Shown here: piece after piece, positions 13,880 through 27,110 of the stretch
Numbering within the stretch: position 1 is the first letter of the stretch
Layout: each line of letters begins with the position of its first letter
Assembly: GCA_951406725.2 (NCBI GenBank)
Contig: OX597817.1
Location: 125,922,001-125,986,000 of the forward strand
Length of the DNA stretch: 64,000 nucleotides
Direction of reading: 5' to 3'
DNA from: Octopus vulgaris
Taxonomy: Eukaryota
Position numbers and translations under genes: made by a program
Notes under the pieces: model-generated
Database searches by the model: none
Seen by the model: only the letters and a program-made list of their open reading frames with translations
What the model was told of the DNA's origin: nothing

Positions 13880-14225
13880 AAGGGCAAAATAAATGATAAA
13901 AAAAAGGGAAATGTGGACAGCATTCTGCTAAGTTTTGTATACATACCGGAGCGGGGGAGCACCAAATTGATAAAAGTACAAAAAACATTTCGATGACGTT
14001 GATTATTCTGTTGTGCGAAATGGTAGAACCACCATAAGAGCCTGAAAAGATGCAGAACGAGAAGCTAATATCACTATACAAATACTGTGACAAAAGGCTA
14101 AAGTTACCATACAATTTGTGCAAACTTCCGCAATAAAATCTGGTACTAATGCTACCAGGGCCATTTGCTAAAACGCTAGGTAGACGTACGAACAGAAACA
14201 CCAGTTTTAAAGTTGTGGTGGAGCA
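13880..14225 (+). mobile_element. Possible highly decayed RTE-type LINE RT N-terminal fragment
   Basis: Broken frame EKLISLYKYCDKR...GPFAKTLGRR loosely resembles the RTE-type motif IITLYKNKGDR...GKVFARVLLRR. Confidence 0.35.
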
Positions 14226-14751
14226 CAAACATTAACACGCACACACACACACATACACACACACACACACACACAATATCACATTGTCACGCATATCCAT
14301 ACAAGTATATATGTATATCGATTTTACTATATGTGTGAATATATAGCGTTTATATAAATAAATCTGTCAGATAGTATGTGCGTACAAATACGTGCGGGAA
14401 TAATTCTAGATGTGGTTTTAACTCTTATTTTCTTCATCACATGTACAGCGCCACGTTACCCCCCAAAACATACATAACAAGTATCACTTCATTATTGTTA
14501 TCTGAACGTTTGCCAGCTAGCATAAAATAATGCCTCATATCAGTGTGTCGCATGAAAAAGAGGGAACAATAAGAAATGTGTAGTCATTCACGCACACACT
14601 AATTTAAATAACGTTATGTGCGCATAGAAATCATTATATAACTACAGAAGCACACGCACACACACACACGTATATTAGCGATAGAGACAGCAATCTATCT
14701 CCATTTTCACATCTGTCTACAGACATATTTGGAAGTTGGTCTTTCTCTCCC

Positions 14752-15150
14752 TTTACCACATGATTCCGGTTTCAGTCCTACTGCGTGGCAGGTTTGGCAA
14801 GTGTCATCTACTATAGATTCGGGCAGAGCAAAGCATTGTGAGTGTATTTGGTAGACGGAAACGGAAAGAAGCCCATCACATCGTGTATACATATACACAT
14901 AAATACACACTCACATACACACATATATGTATGTATGTATTTGAGTGTTAGTTATTGCACCCCCACCGTCGCTAGACAACCGATGTTGGGGTGTTTATGT
15001 CCCCGTAACTTAGCAGTTCGACAAAGGAGATCGATAGAATAAGTACGAGGCTTACAAAGAATAAATCCTGGGAACGATTTGTTCGAGTAAAGGCGGTGTT
15101 CCAGTATGGCCGCAATCAAATGCCTGAAACGAATTAAAATAAAATAACAA
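14752..15150 (+). mobile_element. tRNA-derived SINE family A with internal microsatellite
   Basis: GGTTTCAGTCC, TTGGTAGACGGAAAC, GATAGAATAAGTAC and GGCGGTGTTCCAGTATGGCC tail. Confidence 0.85.
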
Positions 15151-15152
15151 AA

Positions 15153-15190
<38 letters not shown>

Positions 15191-15191
<1 letters not shown>

Positions 15192-15427
15192 AATAAGCAA
15201 CAAGGATATCCAGAGGTAATGCAGTACGATCGTTTCATGCGACTCCATTTAATTGAATTAAATTAAATGGAGTCGCATGAAACGATCGTACTGCTTTGCC
15301 TCTGGATATCCTCGTAGCTTATTTTGATTATTATCACCTTACTTTAAATTATATGGATAATAACATAATAGATTCTGGTGCCTTTAAGCTTAAGTATCAT
15401 ATTCATCTGAATCTAAATTTTACTGAA

Positions 15428-15430
<3 letters not shown>
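15191..15430. mobile_element. Inverted pair of hammerhead 3'-half fragments (same family as 24301-24425), between (TA)n tracts
   Basis: 64 bp arms 15191-15254 and 15261-15324, each containing GAAA-CGATCG-TA-CTGC. Confidence 0.75.
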
Positions 15431-15473
<43 letters not shown>

Positions 15474-16506
15474 AGGGAGAGAGAGAGAGAGAAAGAGAGA
15501 GAGAGAAGGAGAAAGAGAAAATGAGAGAGGTTGATAGATAGAGAGCAACAGAGAAGGAAATTCAGAGATTGATAGATAAAGAGAGTGAGAAAGAGAGATA
15601 GAAAGAGATAGAAATGTGGACATGGTGGGAGAGATGCGCACATAAGTATATATACATTAACTAAATGCCAAAATATACATGTATCTGACTGGAGAGATAA
15701 AGAAGAAGGGAGAAACCGAAACAGCAAATTAGGAGAGTGTGTGATAAAGAAAAAGGTAGTGGAAAAGAGAAAGGTGGAAAAAAGGGGAAAGAGCGTAGTT
15801 CCAAGCATACATGTGAAGTGTGTGTGTTTATATATATGCATAACATGGCACGTATATCCATTGTACATATATGTGTGCCTTTATTGTGCAACTCTATGTA
15901 AATAGACGTTCACAAACATACGTATATATGCATGCGCCCATGAATTTCTAATACTACTGTTGCTGCAGTTAACAATACAGTTGTGTAAAAGCATCACAAA
16001 CCTCCATAGCACTAATACAACTCGCTGCAGCGCCACCATTGCTGTTATCGCTATTAGAACCATCAAAAACAACACCCATATGAATATCTTTCCATCCATC
16101 TCTCTCCATTCGATCAACCGTACAACTTTCTAACTATCCATCCATGTAACCATTCATCCAAATATCCATCCATCAACGAAGTGAACAAAATAACATGTAA
16201 TGAAATTGATGTTCTTTCATAAGATTGTTCGCTATTCGTGTATTCTTTATAACTCTATTTTTTCGTAAATTTTTTTTTCAATGTGTTTGATTTTTCTGTT
16301 TGTTGCAGTTGTTTTTGTGATTGCTTCTTTGGTCTCGGATTCCAATATTAGCAAAGTTTATTTGATATATTTACGCGTTTTCCACATATGCATAAACACA
16401 TACAAATCAGAATGCAGACATACATTAAAGCATAGAAACGTTAATGAAACTACACGTTCATAAACACATTATTACACACATGTCCGAAATGAATATATAT
16501 GTGCCA

Positions 16507-16540
<34 letters not shown>

Positions 16541-16689
16541 GTATATATATATACACTTACATAAACATATATATATATACGTAATTATAGTCATAAATGC
16601 GTGTGTCTGTGTGTGCATATGTTTACATATGTGAATGTGTGCGAATATTTATAAATACACAGCGTGTAAAATTGTATGAATATGAATGC

Positions 16690-16724
<35 letters not shown>

Positions 16725-16745
16725 TGTTTATGTATATCTATATAT

Positions 16746-16797
<52 letters not shown>

Positions 16798-16801
16798 CAT
16801 A

Positions 16802-16878
<77 letters not shown>

Positions 16879-18015
16879 GCATACACACACACACATATGT
16901 ATATCACACTGTCTGCCAAGACTATTCGTTTGAAGTTATTAATATGCACTTTCATTCTATATGGTCAATGATATGATCCATTGAGGTTCAACAACCATTT
17001 TGTCATTTTAACGGACTTTCATATGGATTACTCATTCAGACATTCCTTTCTACTGCTCTGAAGATTTCTTTTAATGTATATGGGGCGCACCAGAAATAGT
17101 TTCCCCATGTGTATATGTGAATTGTAAAGGTGATATATATGTACCCCCCCACACACAATTAAACACACACACACATATGTGCATAAATATATTGATGCAT
17201 ATATAAAAATGTATGCAAATATATGTGAATACGCATACGTATGTATTTGTGCGTGTGTATGTATACACAGTGCGCCGAGGAATCTCTGGTGAACGTATGA
17301 ATAAAAAAAGTTTATGTACTTGTGGGGGTGTGAGTGAGAGAGAGAGAGAATAATAGAAAAAGATGGGGGAATGGTATGTAAAAGTGGTTTGTTAAATAGA
17401 TAATGCATATCAGACCCACTGAAGGAAAATCCTATCAATACGCATTGAACAGGTAATATATTCTGATATTGAAAGCGATCGTTGAGTGAATCCTATGCTT
17501 GATTTCAGAAGTCTCGCTTCACCCCAAAAACCACTGCCCCTAATCCGCCAAATAAAAATAGTTTCGATAAATATCTATATGCTACATAATGTAATAAACG
17601 CTTCAGAATAGGTGGCCTTCATCCAATTTATTATTAGACATTGTTCAATAATAGGAGCTGGAAGGAAAAGGAAATGTACGCTTTGTTCTGTTTCATAAGA
17701 TTTTGTATATACATATTGTACAGAACACAAGTATTTGAAATGCCAGTGACACGATTAAATGGATCTTGATTATTAAGAAACCCGGAATACAGGAGCGATC
17801 CTTTTTTTTACAAATGATCGTTGCCAATCTGTTTTGGTTCCATATACTTTCTTTTAAATCCATTTTATCAGTTTCGAAAAGGAACGATTATAAGGATATC
17901 TATTTCTACTTTAAACATACATGCATACACACATACATACGTATATACATACATACATTCATGCATAGATATATAGATACCTAATACATAATAAATACAT
18001 GCAAAAACATAAATA

Positions 18016-19197
18016 TCTGGTCATTAAGAATGAAATGTCCGATTTTCTTATGCACCAAGTTGGAAGTCCTTAACTCTAAAGTTTTATCCTGACAGGTCTT
18101 TATTCATCATCACTTTTTGAAATGCAATTCACGGTGTCTGATTATATTTGTGAACCCATGGATAGATAAAAAAAATTCGTGTTATTGATGAATATTCCAG
18201 AAACATCAATGAGGTGATTGGTGAAGATGTGGCGAATGAGCGCACGCTACGTCGATGGTTTGAGAAGTTGCCATCTGATAACTGTACTCTTGGAATCAGC
18301 CTCGTAGTAGAACTCAGACCAAGGTGGATAATAATGAGCTGATACATCTCACACTACGCATGAGTTAACAGCAAGGATTGATGTTTCGATCGCAACTGTA
18401 TTAGACCATCTGAATCAAATCGGCAAGATAAAGAAGCTGGACAACTGGGTACCATCCGAACTGAACGAACATCAAATGGCACGTCGTCTTGAAACTTGCT
18501 GTTCTTTGCTGTCACGACATAAAAGCGAACCACTTTTGCATGATTTTGTTACGTGTGATGAAAAATGGATTCATTTCAACAATAACAAGCGTTCTGCACG
18601 GTGGCTGGATAGAGACAAAGTGCCAAATCATTATCCAAAAAGGAATATTCACCCCCAAAAAGTTAATGGTGTATGTTTTGTAGTCCAGCGCTGGTGTCAA
18701 TCACTACAGCTTAATAAGACCTGGTATATAATTTCAGCGGATATACACATCGACCAATTGGATGAAATGATGAGTGAACTTGCAATTAAACAATCGACAT
18801 TGGTCAAGAGAGACAGACCAATTCTATTGCAAGACAATGCTCGACCACATATTGCACAAAGAACCCTCCTCAAGTTACAGGAACTGAACATGGGAGTACT
18901 GTCATGCACCATATTCACCAAACCACGCGCCAACTGACTATAACGTATTCCTGGCATTAGACAACTTTTAGCAAGGAAAAAACTTCAAATCTCGAGATGC
19001 AAAAACAGCCTTTTGCGATTTTATCACCTCTTGCTCTCCAGAATTCTTCGCTGCCAGCATAAATAAGCTACCGATAAAATAGCAAAAATTGTGTTCATAA
19101 TTTAGGTGCATACTTTGATCAACTGCATTGGTTTTTGTTGAGATAAAGTAAATAAACGTTCAGTTTAACATCGGACACTTCATTCTTAACGACCTGA
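18016..19197 (+). mobile_element. Near full-length mariner (DD34D) element, transposase pseudogene
   Basis: 27 bp TIRs TCTGGTCATTAAGAATGAAATGTCCGA and TCGGACACTTCATTCTTAACGACCTGA, TA flanks. Motifs WVPSEL, VTCDEKW, LQDNARPH, YSPNHAPTDY across frameshifts. Confidence 0.93.
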
Positions 19198-19303
19198 TAT
19201 ATATACATGTGCTACGTACTCACGTTTGTTTCTTTACTGTTTTTTTTTAACTGACTATATATATGCATGGGTGTATGTATGTATGCATCTAAGTATGGGT
19301 AAA

Positions 19304-19686
19304 GTGGAGGCGCAATGGCCCAGTGGTTAGGGCAGCGGACTCGCGGTCGTAGGATCGCGGTTTCGATTCCCAGACCGCGCGTTGTGAGTGTTTATTGAGC
19401 GAAAACACCTAAAGTTCCACGAGGCTCCGGCAGGGATGGTGGTGATCCCTGCTGTACTCTTTCACCACAACTTTCTCTCACTCTTACTTCCTGTTTCTGT
19501 TGTACCTGTATATCAAAGGGCCGGCCTTGTCACTCTCTGTGTCACGCTGAATATCCCCGAGAACTACGTTAAGGGTACACATGTCTGTGGAGTGCTCAGC
19601 TACTTACACGTTAATTTCACGAGCAGGCTGTTCCGTTGATCGGATCAACCGGAACCCTCGTCGTCGTAACCGACGGAGTGCTTCCA
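19304..19686 (+). mobile_element. tRNA(Arg)-like SINE family B, full length
   Basis: A-box TGGCCCAGTGG, B-box GGTTTCGATTCCC, anticodon-arm-like GACTCGCGGTC; tail ...GGAACCCTCGTCGTCGTAACCGACGGAGTGC. Confidence 0.9.
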
Positions 19687-19704
19687 CATATATGTGTAAG
19701 TACG

Positions 19705-19758
<54 letters not shown>

Positions 19759-20567
19759 GTGTATATATACGCAAATATTGTCGTATGCATTTTTGCATGC
19801 TCGTCTACATATATGTAAATACTGACAATTGAAATACATTCTTTGAACAACACGTCCTCATATAATAAAACTTTCAGCAACGATCTCTCAAATCTCGACA
19901 TTGAAAGACATATCGTGTTACGAGAAATTAAGCATGTCAACGTTAACGAAGAGACCCAGCATTTTTAATTATTCACGTAACATCTTTGACAATATTTCAA
20001 AGTTGACCTCTAACTTCGTTCGGCTTGCCTTCACTAGTCACCATATTTCACTAAAATCACATGTTAAGAAAGGTAGGTGGGATCCGACAATGTAGTTGAG
20101 AAATATCTTGGAGAAAATGGCTTTTTGTGACTCGGCAGGAATGCTTTAGATCTTTGATCACGATTTTTGTTGGCTTGGAGCAAAACACATCACTACATAT
20201 AATTAAAATAATGACTATATACAGAAAATGTGCTACCCGCATCTTCATAAAAAAATACAAATTACAGGAGAGGTGATTGTGTCTCAAATTCTATAAAAGT
20301 AACTTTTAATATAGAAAAGATACATCTAATGAAACATTATGTAGCTGAATCCGTATCTCTTTATTTTCAAGCAGGCTTTACAATTCCTTACATTGTTCAT
20401 AGCCAGAATCAATTGGAATTTGGATAGAATATGATATATCAAATATACTCGAATCATTTACAATTTTCTATAACAATTTTCAATTGTTTATGAGCAGTTA
20501 CCGATAATTAAACACGTATACATATACGCCCCTATATGTACGCATGTTCTCACGTGCTTGTATTTAT

Positions 20568-20680
20568 GTGGAAGTGCAATGGCCCAGTAGTTAGGGCAGC
20601 GGACTCACGGTTGTAGGATCGCGGTTTCGATTCCCAGACCAGGCATTGTGAGTGTTTATTGAGCGAAAACACCTAAAGCT
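20568..20680 (+). mobile_element. SINE family B head only
   Basis: Near-identical to the first ~112 bp of the 19304 copy. Confidence 0.88.
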
Positions 20681-20774
20681 GATAAATATACACATTGAAG
20701 TAAATAACTATATAGGTTTTTTTTTTTAATATAAATATTTTTTATATACTTTTTTTAATTTAAATTTAATTTTG

Positions 20775-20785
20775 TATTATTATTA

Positions 20786-20849
<64 letters not shown>

Positions 20850-20917
20850 TAGTATTGTTGTTATGCATACATACATACAAGCATACGTAATAATGATAAT
20901 GATAATAATAATAATAA
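20775..20917. repeat. (TTA)n and (TAA)n microsatellites in opposite orientation
   Basis: Direct. Confidence 0.9.
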
Positions 20918-23655
20918 GTGGATGTAAACACATGAACAAAATAAGAATAAACAAAAACAAATTACACAAACGTATATAAACAGAAGATACAAATATTACA
21001 GGCATTCCCCCCACACACACTAACTAAACATAGACGCACATAGAGATATACGCATGGGCAAATGAAAACACATACAATAGAAATACAAAATGGCTGACGG
21101 TTTGTAAGGAGAGACCCAAATAAGAAAGGAGAAAGCAAAGGACCACTGATGCGGTCACAGGAGTGTGACGAAAGAATTCTGGCCGAAATAAGATTAAGTT
21201 TAATGTAAAAAATAACACTGAAGCAAAGTAACACCAAATATATAGTGCGTGTGTTTTCATTGGCTAAACTGGCAAAATGACCATTCCGAAATACAACAAT
21301 AGCTTTCTTATTATAATACAGATGTGACTAATTTGGAGAAACATTACTTTTATTATTCATACAGCGTCACTCACGTAATGCAACACTTTGTAATTTTGGT
21401 TCAAATTGAAATTGTAAAGCTATTTACATGTTCTAATGAAACCTGGTAGTTATAGAGAAGTGTATTTAAAATAACTATAGCTTGTTGCGATAACCTAGAA
21501 AATATGTAAATGAAAATAAAGTTTATTTGATATTTGTAATTGATTTGATTGCTCTGGTCTTAACATCAATTTGTTTGTAATTGGCTACCCTGTTGCAGGT
21601 TCGAACCGTGGAATATTGAAATGATACCCATCTAGCCCATTCTACAGAATAAGAGTATGCTGGAGAGCATGATAAGAGGGATGAGTCTGTAAAACGCATT
21701 TAAGTTTGTTATCACGAACACGAGTGATTTTCATGGGAATCACCAAGCATAAGGATGGCTACTTCATTAGATATGGGATCATCAAAACAGCGTAAAATGT
21801 TCTTTAATATAGTTTACTATAGACGTAACGAGTGCAGAAACACAAACACATTGAATTGATAATATTAAAAACAGAAAAATGTACGCACACAAAGTTCAAG
21901 CGAAACGAAATATAGTCAATATAGGTGCCAAACATATTTTTTGTAACATAGTTATGCTATAAAAAAATGGAAAGTCATCATTTTAGTAAAAGTTACTATG
22001 CGTCAACAATGTAATAAATTACACAAAGTCAACATTTATTTGGAACGTGTACTAAATGTTATAAAATTCATGATTGAATATCATGATGAAGAAAGTGAAA
22101 GTTCAAGAAAATTCAAAAAGCATAATTCACTTATTCATAAAAAAATTATTTATTTTACAATTTTGAAACGAACACTGAACCGAGTGTATAGAAAAGAAGG
22201 TGCTGATGTTGTGAACGTTAACTTAAAATATTTGGTGAAGTATGTGTGTAGCGAGATATAAATTTGATATTACTATATATTTTTTAACTGTGTAGCGTTA
22301 CAGGCTGTAGAATAAATACTGACTTATGGAGTAAAAAGATTATGCGACGTTGATGCTCACAGTGATGAGGAAGCTTAGAAGGACTGTTAAGAATTATCTT
22401 GAAACTGCTCAGAAGGAGTGGAATAACATTTCTGTAATTTTATTGAAAAAGCCGCTGACGCCGTCTGCTTCACCAAGTTTTCGAATTAGCTTTAATAACC
22501 AGAATGACATTTAAAAAAATATATATTTGCGTGTATTCTGAGTGGTGTTAAATCAGCCAAATCTTCAATGTTAGAAGTACTTCAAAGTGAACGATGTTGT
22601 TCGTTTAAAGTCCAGGCTGCAACTAAACTTTCAATATCGGCGCGTTTCACTGCTGGGCGGGAGAAAGTTACATACATAAACTGAGACACGCACACTCACA
22701 CATTAACGCACACCTGAAGCCTATCTCTGTCCCTGTGTTTGTCTGTGTCTTTAGATGTGTGTGTTTGTATGTCAGTCATCACAGAAATGTATGTATACTG
22801 ACAGACATATACACCGTCACACACATATACTTGTCAGTCATCGAACGCGCGAACACATTCATATAGAAAATGCGACATCATTGTCGTTGTCGTGGTATAA
22901 AATGTCGTTTACGATAGGTGACTAAAAGAAAAATGACAATGTTATTTTTTTGTAATGCAAACATGTGAATGAAAATATAGTTTATTTGGTAGCCAAAACC
23001 CTAGTGAATCTATTGATACCCCATACGTCAAAATCAGCAATTCGGTTTTGGACATACGCACACACAAACACAAACACATACACACACACATACAAACTCT
23101 CTTATATATATAAATATATATATACTTAAATGTTAGTACCATCCTGTGTCTAGGCATAAGCAAAATTTAGGTTAGTTAAAATTCACTGCAATTACTGTAG
23201 ACAAAATATTACTCTTATGATAAAAAGGTGTGAAAACACTGTATTTGTTCAGTATCGCCATCTGTCAGGAATCCTAGACAGTGATGTTTCAAGATAGCTG
23301 GCTTTAATCAACGGGAAGAATCTAAGACAGGCAACTCTGAACAAATCTTATAAAGCAATAAAAGCTTTATAAGATTTGTTCAGGCAAACGCTTGAAACAT
23401 ATAAGAGATGAGAAATAAAGATAAGTTACATATTAATAGCGATGTAGGTGATATAGTATCGTGGACATTTTGCTCATTCAGATAAGATTATCAAAGTCAA
23501 ATATATACACACACACACCCACACACAGACGGGCATACAGGCGCCAACACAGATACACATACACATATATATATATACGTATACACACACACACATATAT
23601 ATACATGATATATATATATATACATTCATACACACATAACACACACACAAATATA

Positions 23656-23818
23656 GGCACAGTAGTGGCTGTGTGGTAAGTAGCTTGCTTGCCAACCACA
23701 TGGTTCCGGGTTCAGTCTCACTGCGTGGCACCTTGGGCAAGTGTCTTCTCTTATAGCTTCGGGCCGACCAAAGCCTTGTTAGTGAATGCGGTAGACGTAA
23801 ACTGAAAGAAACCCGTCG

Positions 23819-23884
<66 letters not shown>

Positions 23885-24076
23885 TGTATGTGTTTTCCCC
23901 CCAACATCACCAGGCAATCGATGCCGGTGTGTTTACGTCCACGTAAATTAGCGGTTCGACAAAAGGGACCGATAGAATAAGTACTATGCTTACAAAGAAT
24001 AACTCCTGATGTCGATTTGCTCACCTGAATGTGGTGCTCCAGCATTGCGGCAAGCAAATGACCGAAACAAGTAAAA
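23656..24076 (+). mobile_element. tRNA-derived SINE family A, full length, internal (TA)(TG)n
   Basis: Head GTGGCTGTGTGGTAAGTAGC...GGGTTCAGTC; body GATAGAATAAGTACT; tail GAAACAAGTAAAA. Confidence 0.9.
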
Positions 24077-24419
24077 TATAGAATTTAGTTATATCCAAAT
24101 GATTCATTTGTATAGTTATTCAATTAACCAAAATCACAAAGAGAAGTAGATAGGACATATTTCATAAGCAATAACCTAGTAGTTACTACTATGGTATTGT
24201 TCATGAAACATGTCCTATCTACTTATCCCCTTTGTGATTTTGGTTAATTGAGTAACTATACAAATGAATCCTTTGGATTTAACTAAATTCTATATTTTTA
24301 TGCAGCTTAAGATTGCTCTACATTTTAAAACCGATGTAATATTTGCATTGTTCAATTAAATGGAGTCGCATGAAACGATCGTACTGCATTACTTCTGGAT
24401 ATCCTTGTTGCTTATTTTG

Positions 24420-24425
<6 letters not shown>
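24073..24425 (+). mobile_element. Hammerhead-bearing non-coding element preceded by ~110 bp inverted copy of its 5' part
   Basis: Inverted arms 24073-~24183 and ~24185-24298, then the hammerhead, then (TA)n. Confidence 0.72.
24301..24388 (+). ncRNA. Minimal type I hammerhead ribozyme, core mutated (probably inactive)
   Basis: UGCAG-CUUAAGA (for CUGAAGA)...UGGAGUCGCAU-GAAA-CGAUCG-UA-CUGCA. 5 bp stem I, palindromic stem III. Confidence 0.65.
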
Positions 24426-24501
<76 letters not shown>

Positions 24502-25661
24502 TGTATGTATGTATGTATGTATATGCATATGTATATAATGTACTGATCCACGATAGAAAATTCAACAAAAAAATGTACTCCAGCTAGTGAGAGGTAAATG
24601 TTAATTTTTTAAAGGTCACATTATGTTTATTAATACATACATATATATGTATGTATTCTTCTATTCTTTAATTCTTTTATATGTTTCAGCCCTGTGACTG
24701 TGGCTATACTGGGGGTACCGTCAGTATATATGTATATATATATATATATATGTGTTTGTGTGTGTGCATATGTGTGTACACATACACACACACATATATA
24801 TATATACATGTATATGTATAGGTATATAGGTGTATATGCATATGTCAGTGCCTTATGTGTGTGCTTCTTTAAATACATACATATAAGTCAGATATATTTG
24901 GCTTATATTTGAGTTTATGTGCGTTCATGTGTCTCTGTGTTTGTCTGTGCGTGTGTGCAGTAACACAAAAGTGCACACGCACACCTATATTTGTATATAA
25001 AAGTATGAGCACACATACTTTTTTATTCTATGAGGGAAATTATTATATTTTTGTCTACATATTAGTGCTTATGTTATTTGCCTAAATATTACCAACAGTG
25101 ATAAAGTAAACAAATGTATTGAGTTCCTTCAGTTCAAAAGCTTTCTAAATATATCTAAATACACATACAACGTTCTGCAACAATAACTAACTTCGTTACC
25201 ATAATTAATATAATGCTTTGATGTATCCACAAACAACCGGAATTGGAGAGCGGCTTTTATATTTTGTCTGAATTAAGGAGTAGTCTCGTATGTGTGCTTG
25301 CCTGTATTTGTAAGTATAAATATAAATACACACGCATACATACGCACAAAACACGCACACATACTCACACACGCACGCATAAACACACATACATATAGGT
25401 ATATGTATCTACGCAAAATTATATATACTGGCTTTTATGTAGAATTTATGCCAGTTGAAATTATGCTTTGCGTAATGGAATTCCACGTTATGGTATAATT
25501 TCCTGAAACATGTTTCTGCAATGTACTGATTCTATATGTGTATATACTCTCTTTATATGTATAAATATACATGTGTGCATCAGTGCGTGTGTATATATAT
25601 TTCGTTTTGGGATTTGGTTTGCAAGATCCTTTATATGAGTTCGTGTGTTGAAGCATTTTCT

Positions 25662-25919
25662 ATTGTGTCTGGGGAGAGTAATTTTCTTTTTGTGCCTTAT
25701 GATATAACACACTCACCTCTAAAATTTCTACTTTTATCTTATTTTTATTTTCCTAAAATTTTCGTTGCGTCTCGAAGCCTTTTCAATAGTTTTGAATCTA
25801 GAGTCAGAACTATTGAAATTTTAGGAAAATAAAAATAAGAAAAAAGTGGAAATTTTACAAGTTAGTGTGTTATATTATAAGGCGCAAAAAGAAAATTACT
25901 CTCCCCAGACACCACAGTG
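25662..25919. mobile_element. Foldback MITE with ~95 bp terminal inverted repeats
   Basis: GTGTCTGGGGAGAGTAATTTTCTTTTTG...TTTCCTAAAATTT mirrored by AAATTTTAGGAAA...CAAAAAGAAAATTACTCTCCCCAGACAC; ends next to TA. Confidence 0.85.
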
Positions 25920-26269
25920 TATATATATATATATATATATATATCCACATATATATCCACATATATATATATATACATATATACAAGGATATAGACGTAG
26001 ATAGACACATAGATATAATAATTTTGTTGTGAGGTTAACCCTGGACCTTACGTATTAAACGCATCCAATGTGGTTAGCTACGAGGCAAAGACAGTAATCT
26101 GAAGATTGTTTCTTCATGCAAGGAAATCCACAAAGGTTTTAATAGGATAAACAGCAAAACTCAAGTGGAGCAAGTGTTTTAATATTTAAACTTGCAATTG
26201 TTTCATCCGAATTTCACCTAATCTATATTGCAATATTATGCAATAAATACTATGTATGTGTGTACATTT

Positions 26270-27110
26270 ACCTGGCAGTATTTCGTAGAGAGCGAAAGAA
26301 TGGCAATCAGTTAGTGCAAGGTCTGGTGAAAATGGTGGATTGGCTACAGGAGACTTTCCCAAATCCATTATTTTTTCCTGCGTGGTTCTTGCTAAATGTG
26401 GTCTTGCACAACGTTTCTCCTATTGATGAGTGAATCGCATTTTCTTAAAAAAATTCCATGCATATGTTGCAGCTGTTGAGACTATAAGTCGGCATTTAAT
26501 ACTTCATTGCAGTTTAACAATCTAGAATGAATGATTACGCGGTGTCATACACACAACATAACCTTCCTTCTATGGAGCTCAGTTCTTGAGGTAGGTTGTG
26601 GAAATTTATTCTTGTCAATCCACTGCCTTTTGCGTTGCACGTTGTCATAAAAGACCCATTTTTCCATCACCTGTAATGATATAACAGGAAAACGAGGCAT
26701 TTCCATGCTTTGAAAGAAGACTTGTCACTATGGGCATGCGATTTTCTCTGTTTTTCTCATTAAGAGTATAGGGAACCCAAACATCCTGATTACTCACTTG
26801 TCCTATCTTTTGCAAGTGGCGGCAAATGCTATATTAAGATGTCTTGAGGACAATTGCTTATTCCCGAGTACTTTTACGAGGATTGAGTTCTGCTAATTGT
26901 CTTAAACCACCTTCATCGAAGTCTGATAAGCGTCCTGGTTTCTGAGTTGATCTCTCAATATTAAATCCCCAGAACAAAACTATGAAATCAATTACGCACT
27001 TGCTGTTCAGTAGCGAGACCTTGGTCATAAGCACTGCATACTTCCTTAGCTGTTCCTGTGGCGTTTTTCCATTTTTAAACTTCCATAGCATCATGTCGGA
27101 TATTCACTTT
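26270..27110 (-). mobile_element. Decayed mariner (DD34D) transposase
   Basis: Minus-strand motifs WVPYTLNE, ITGDGKWVFYDNVQRKRQW, PPFSPDLALTDCH. Confidence 0.85.

Noticed and set aside
19304-19380. tRNA-Arg gene-like sequence (also 20568, 43338)
   Set aside because: SINE head: imperfect cloverleaf continuing into a repeat body
21585-21700. Splice-acceptor-like TTGCAG|G host exon
   Set aside because: All three frames stop within ~40 nt and no clear donor site
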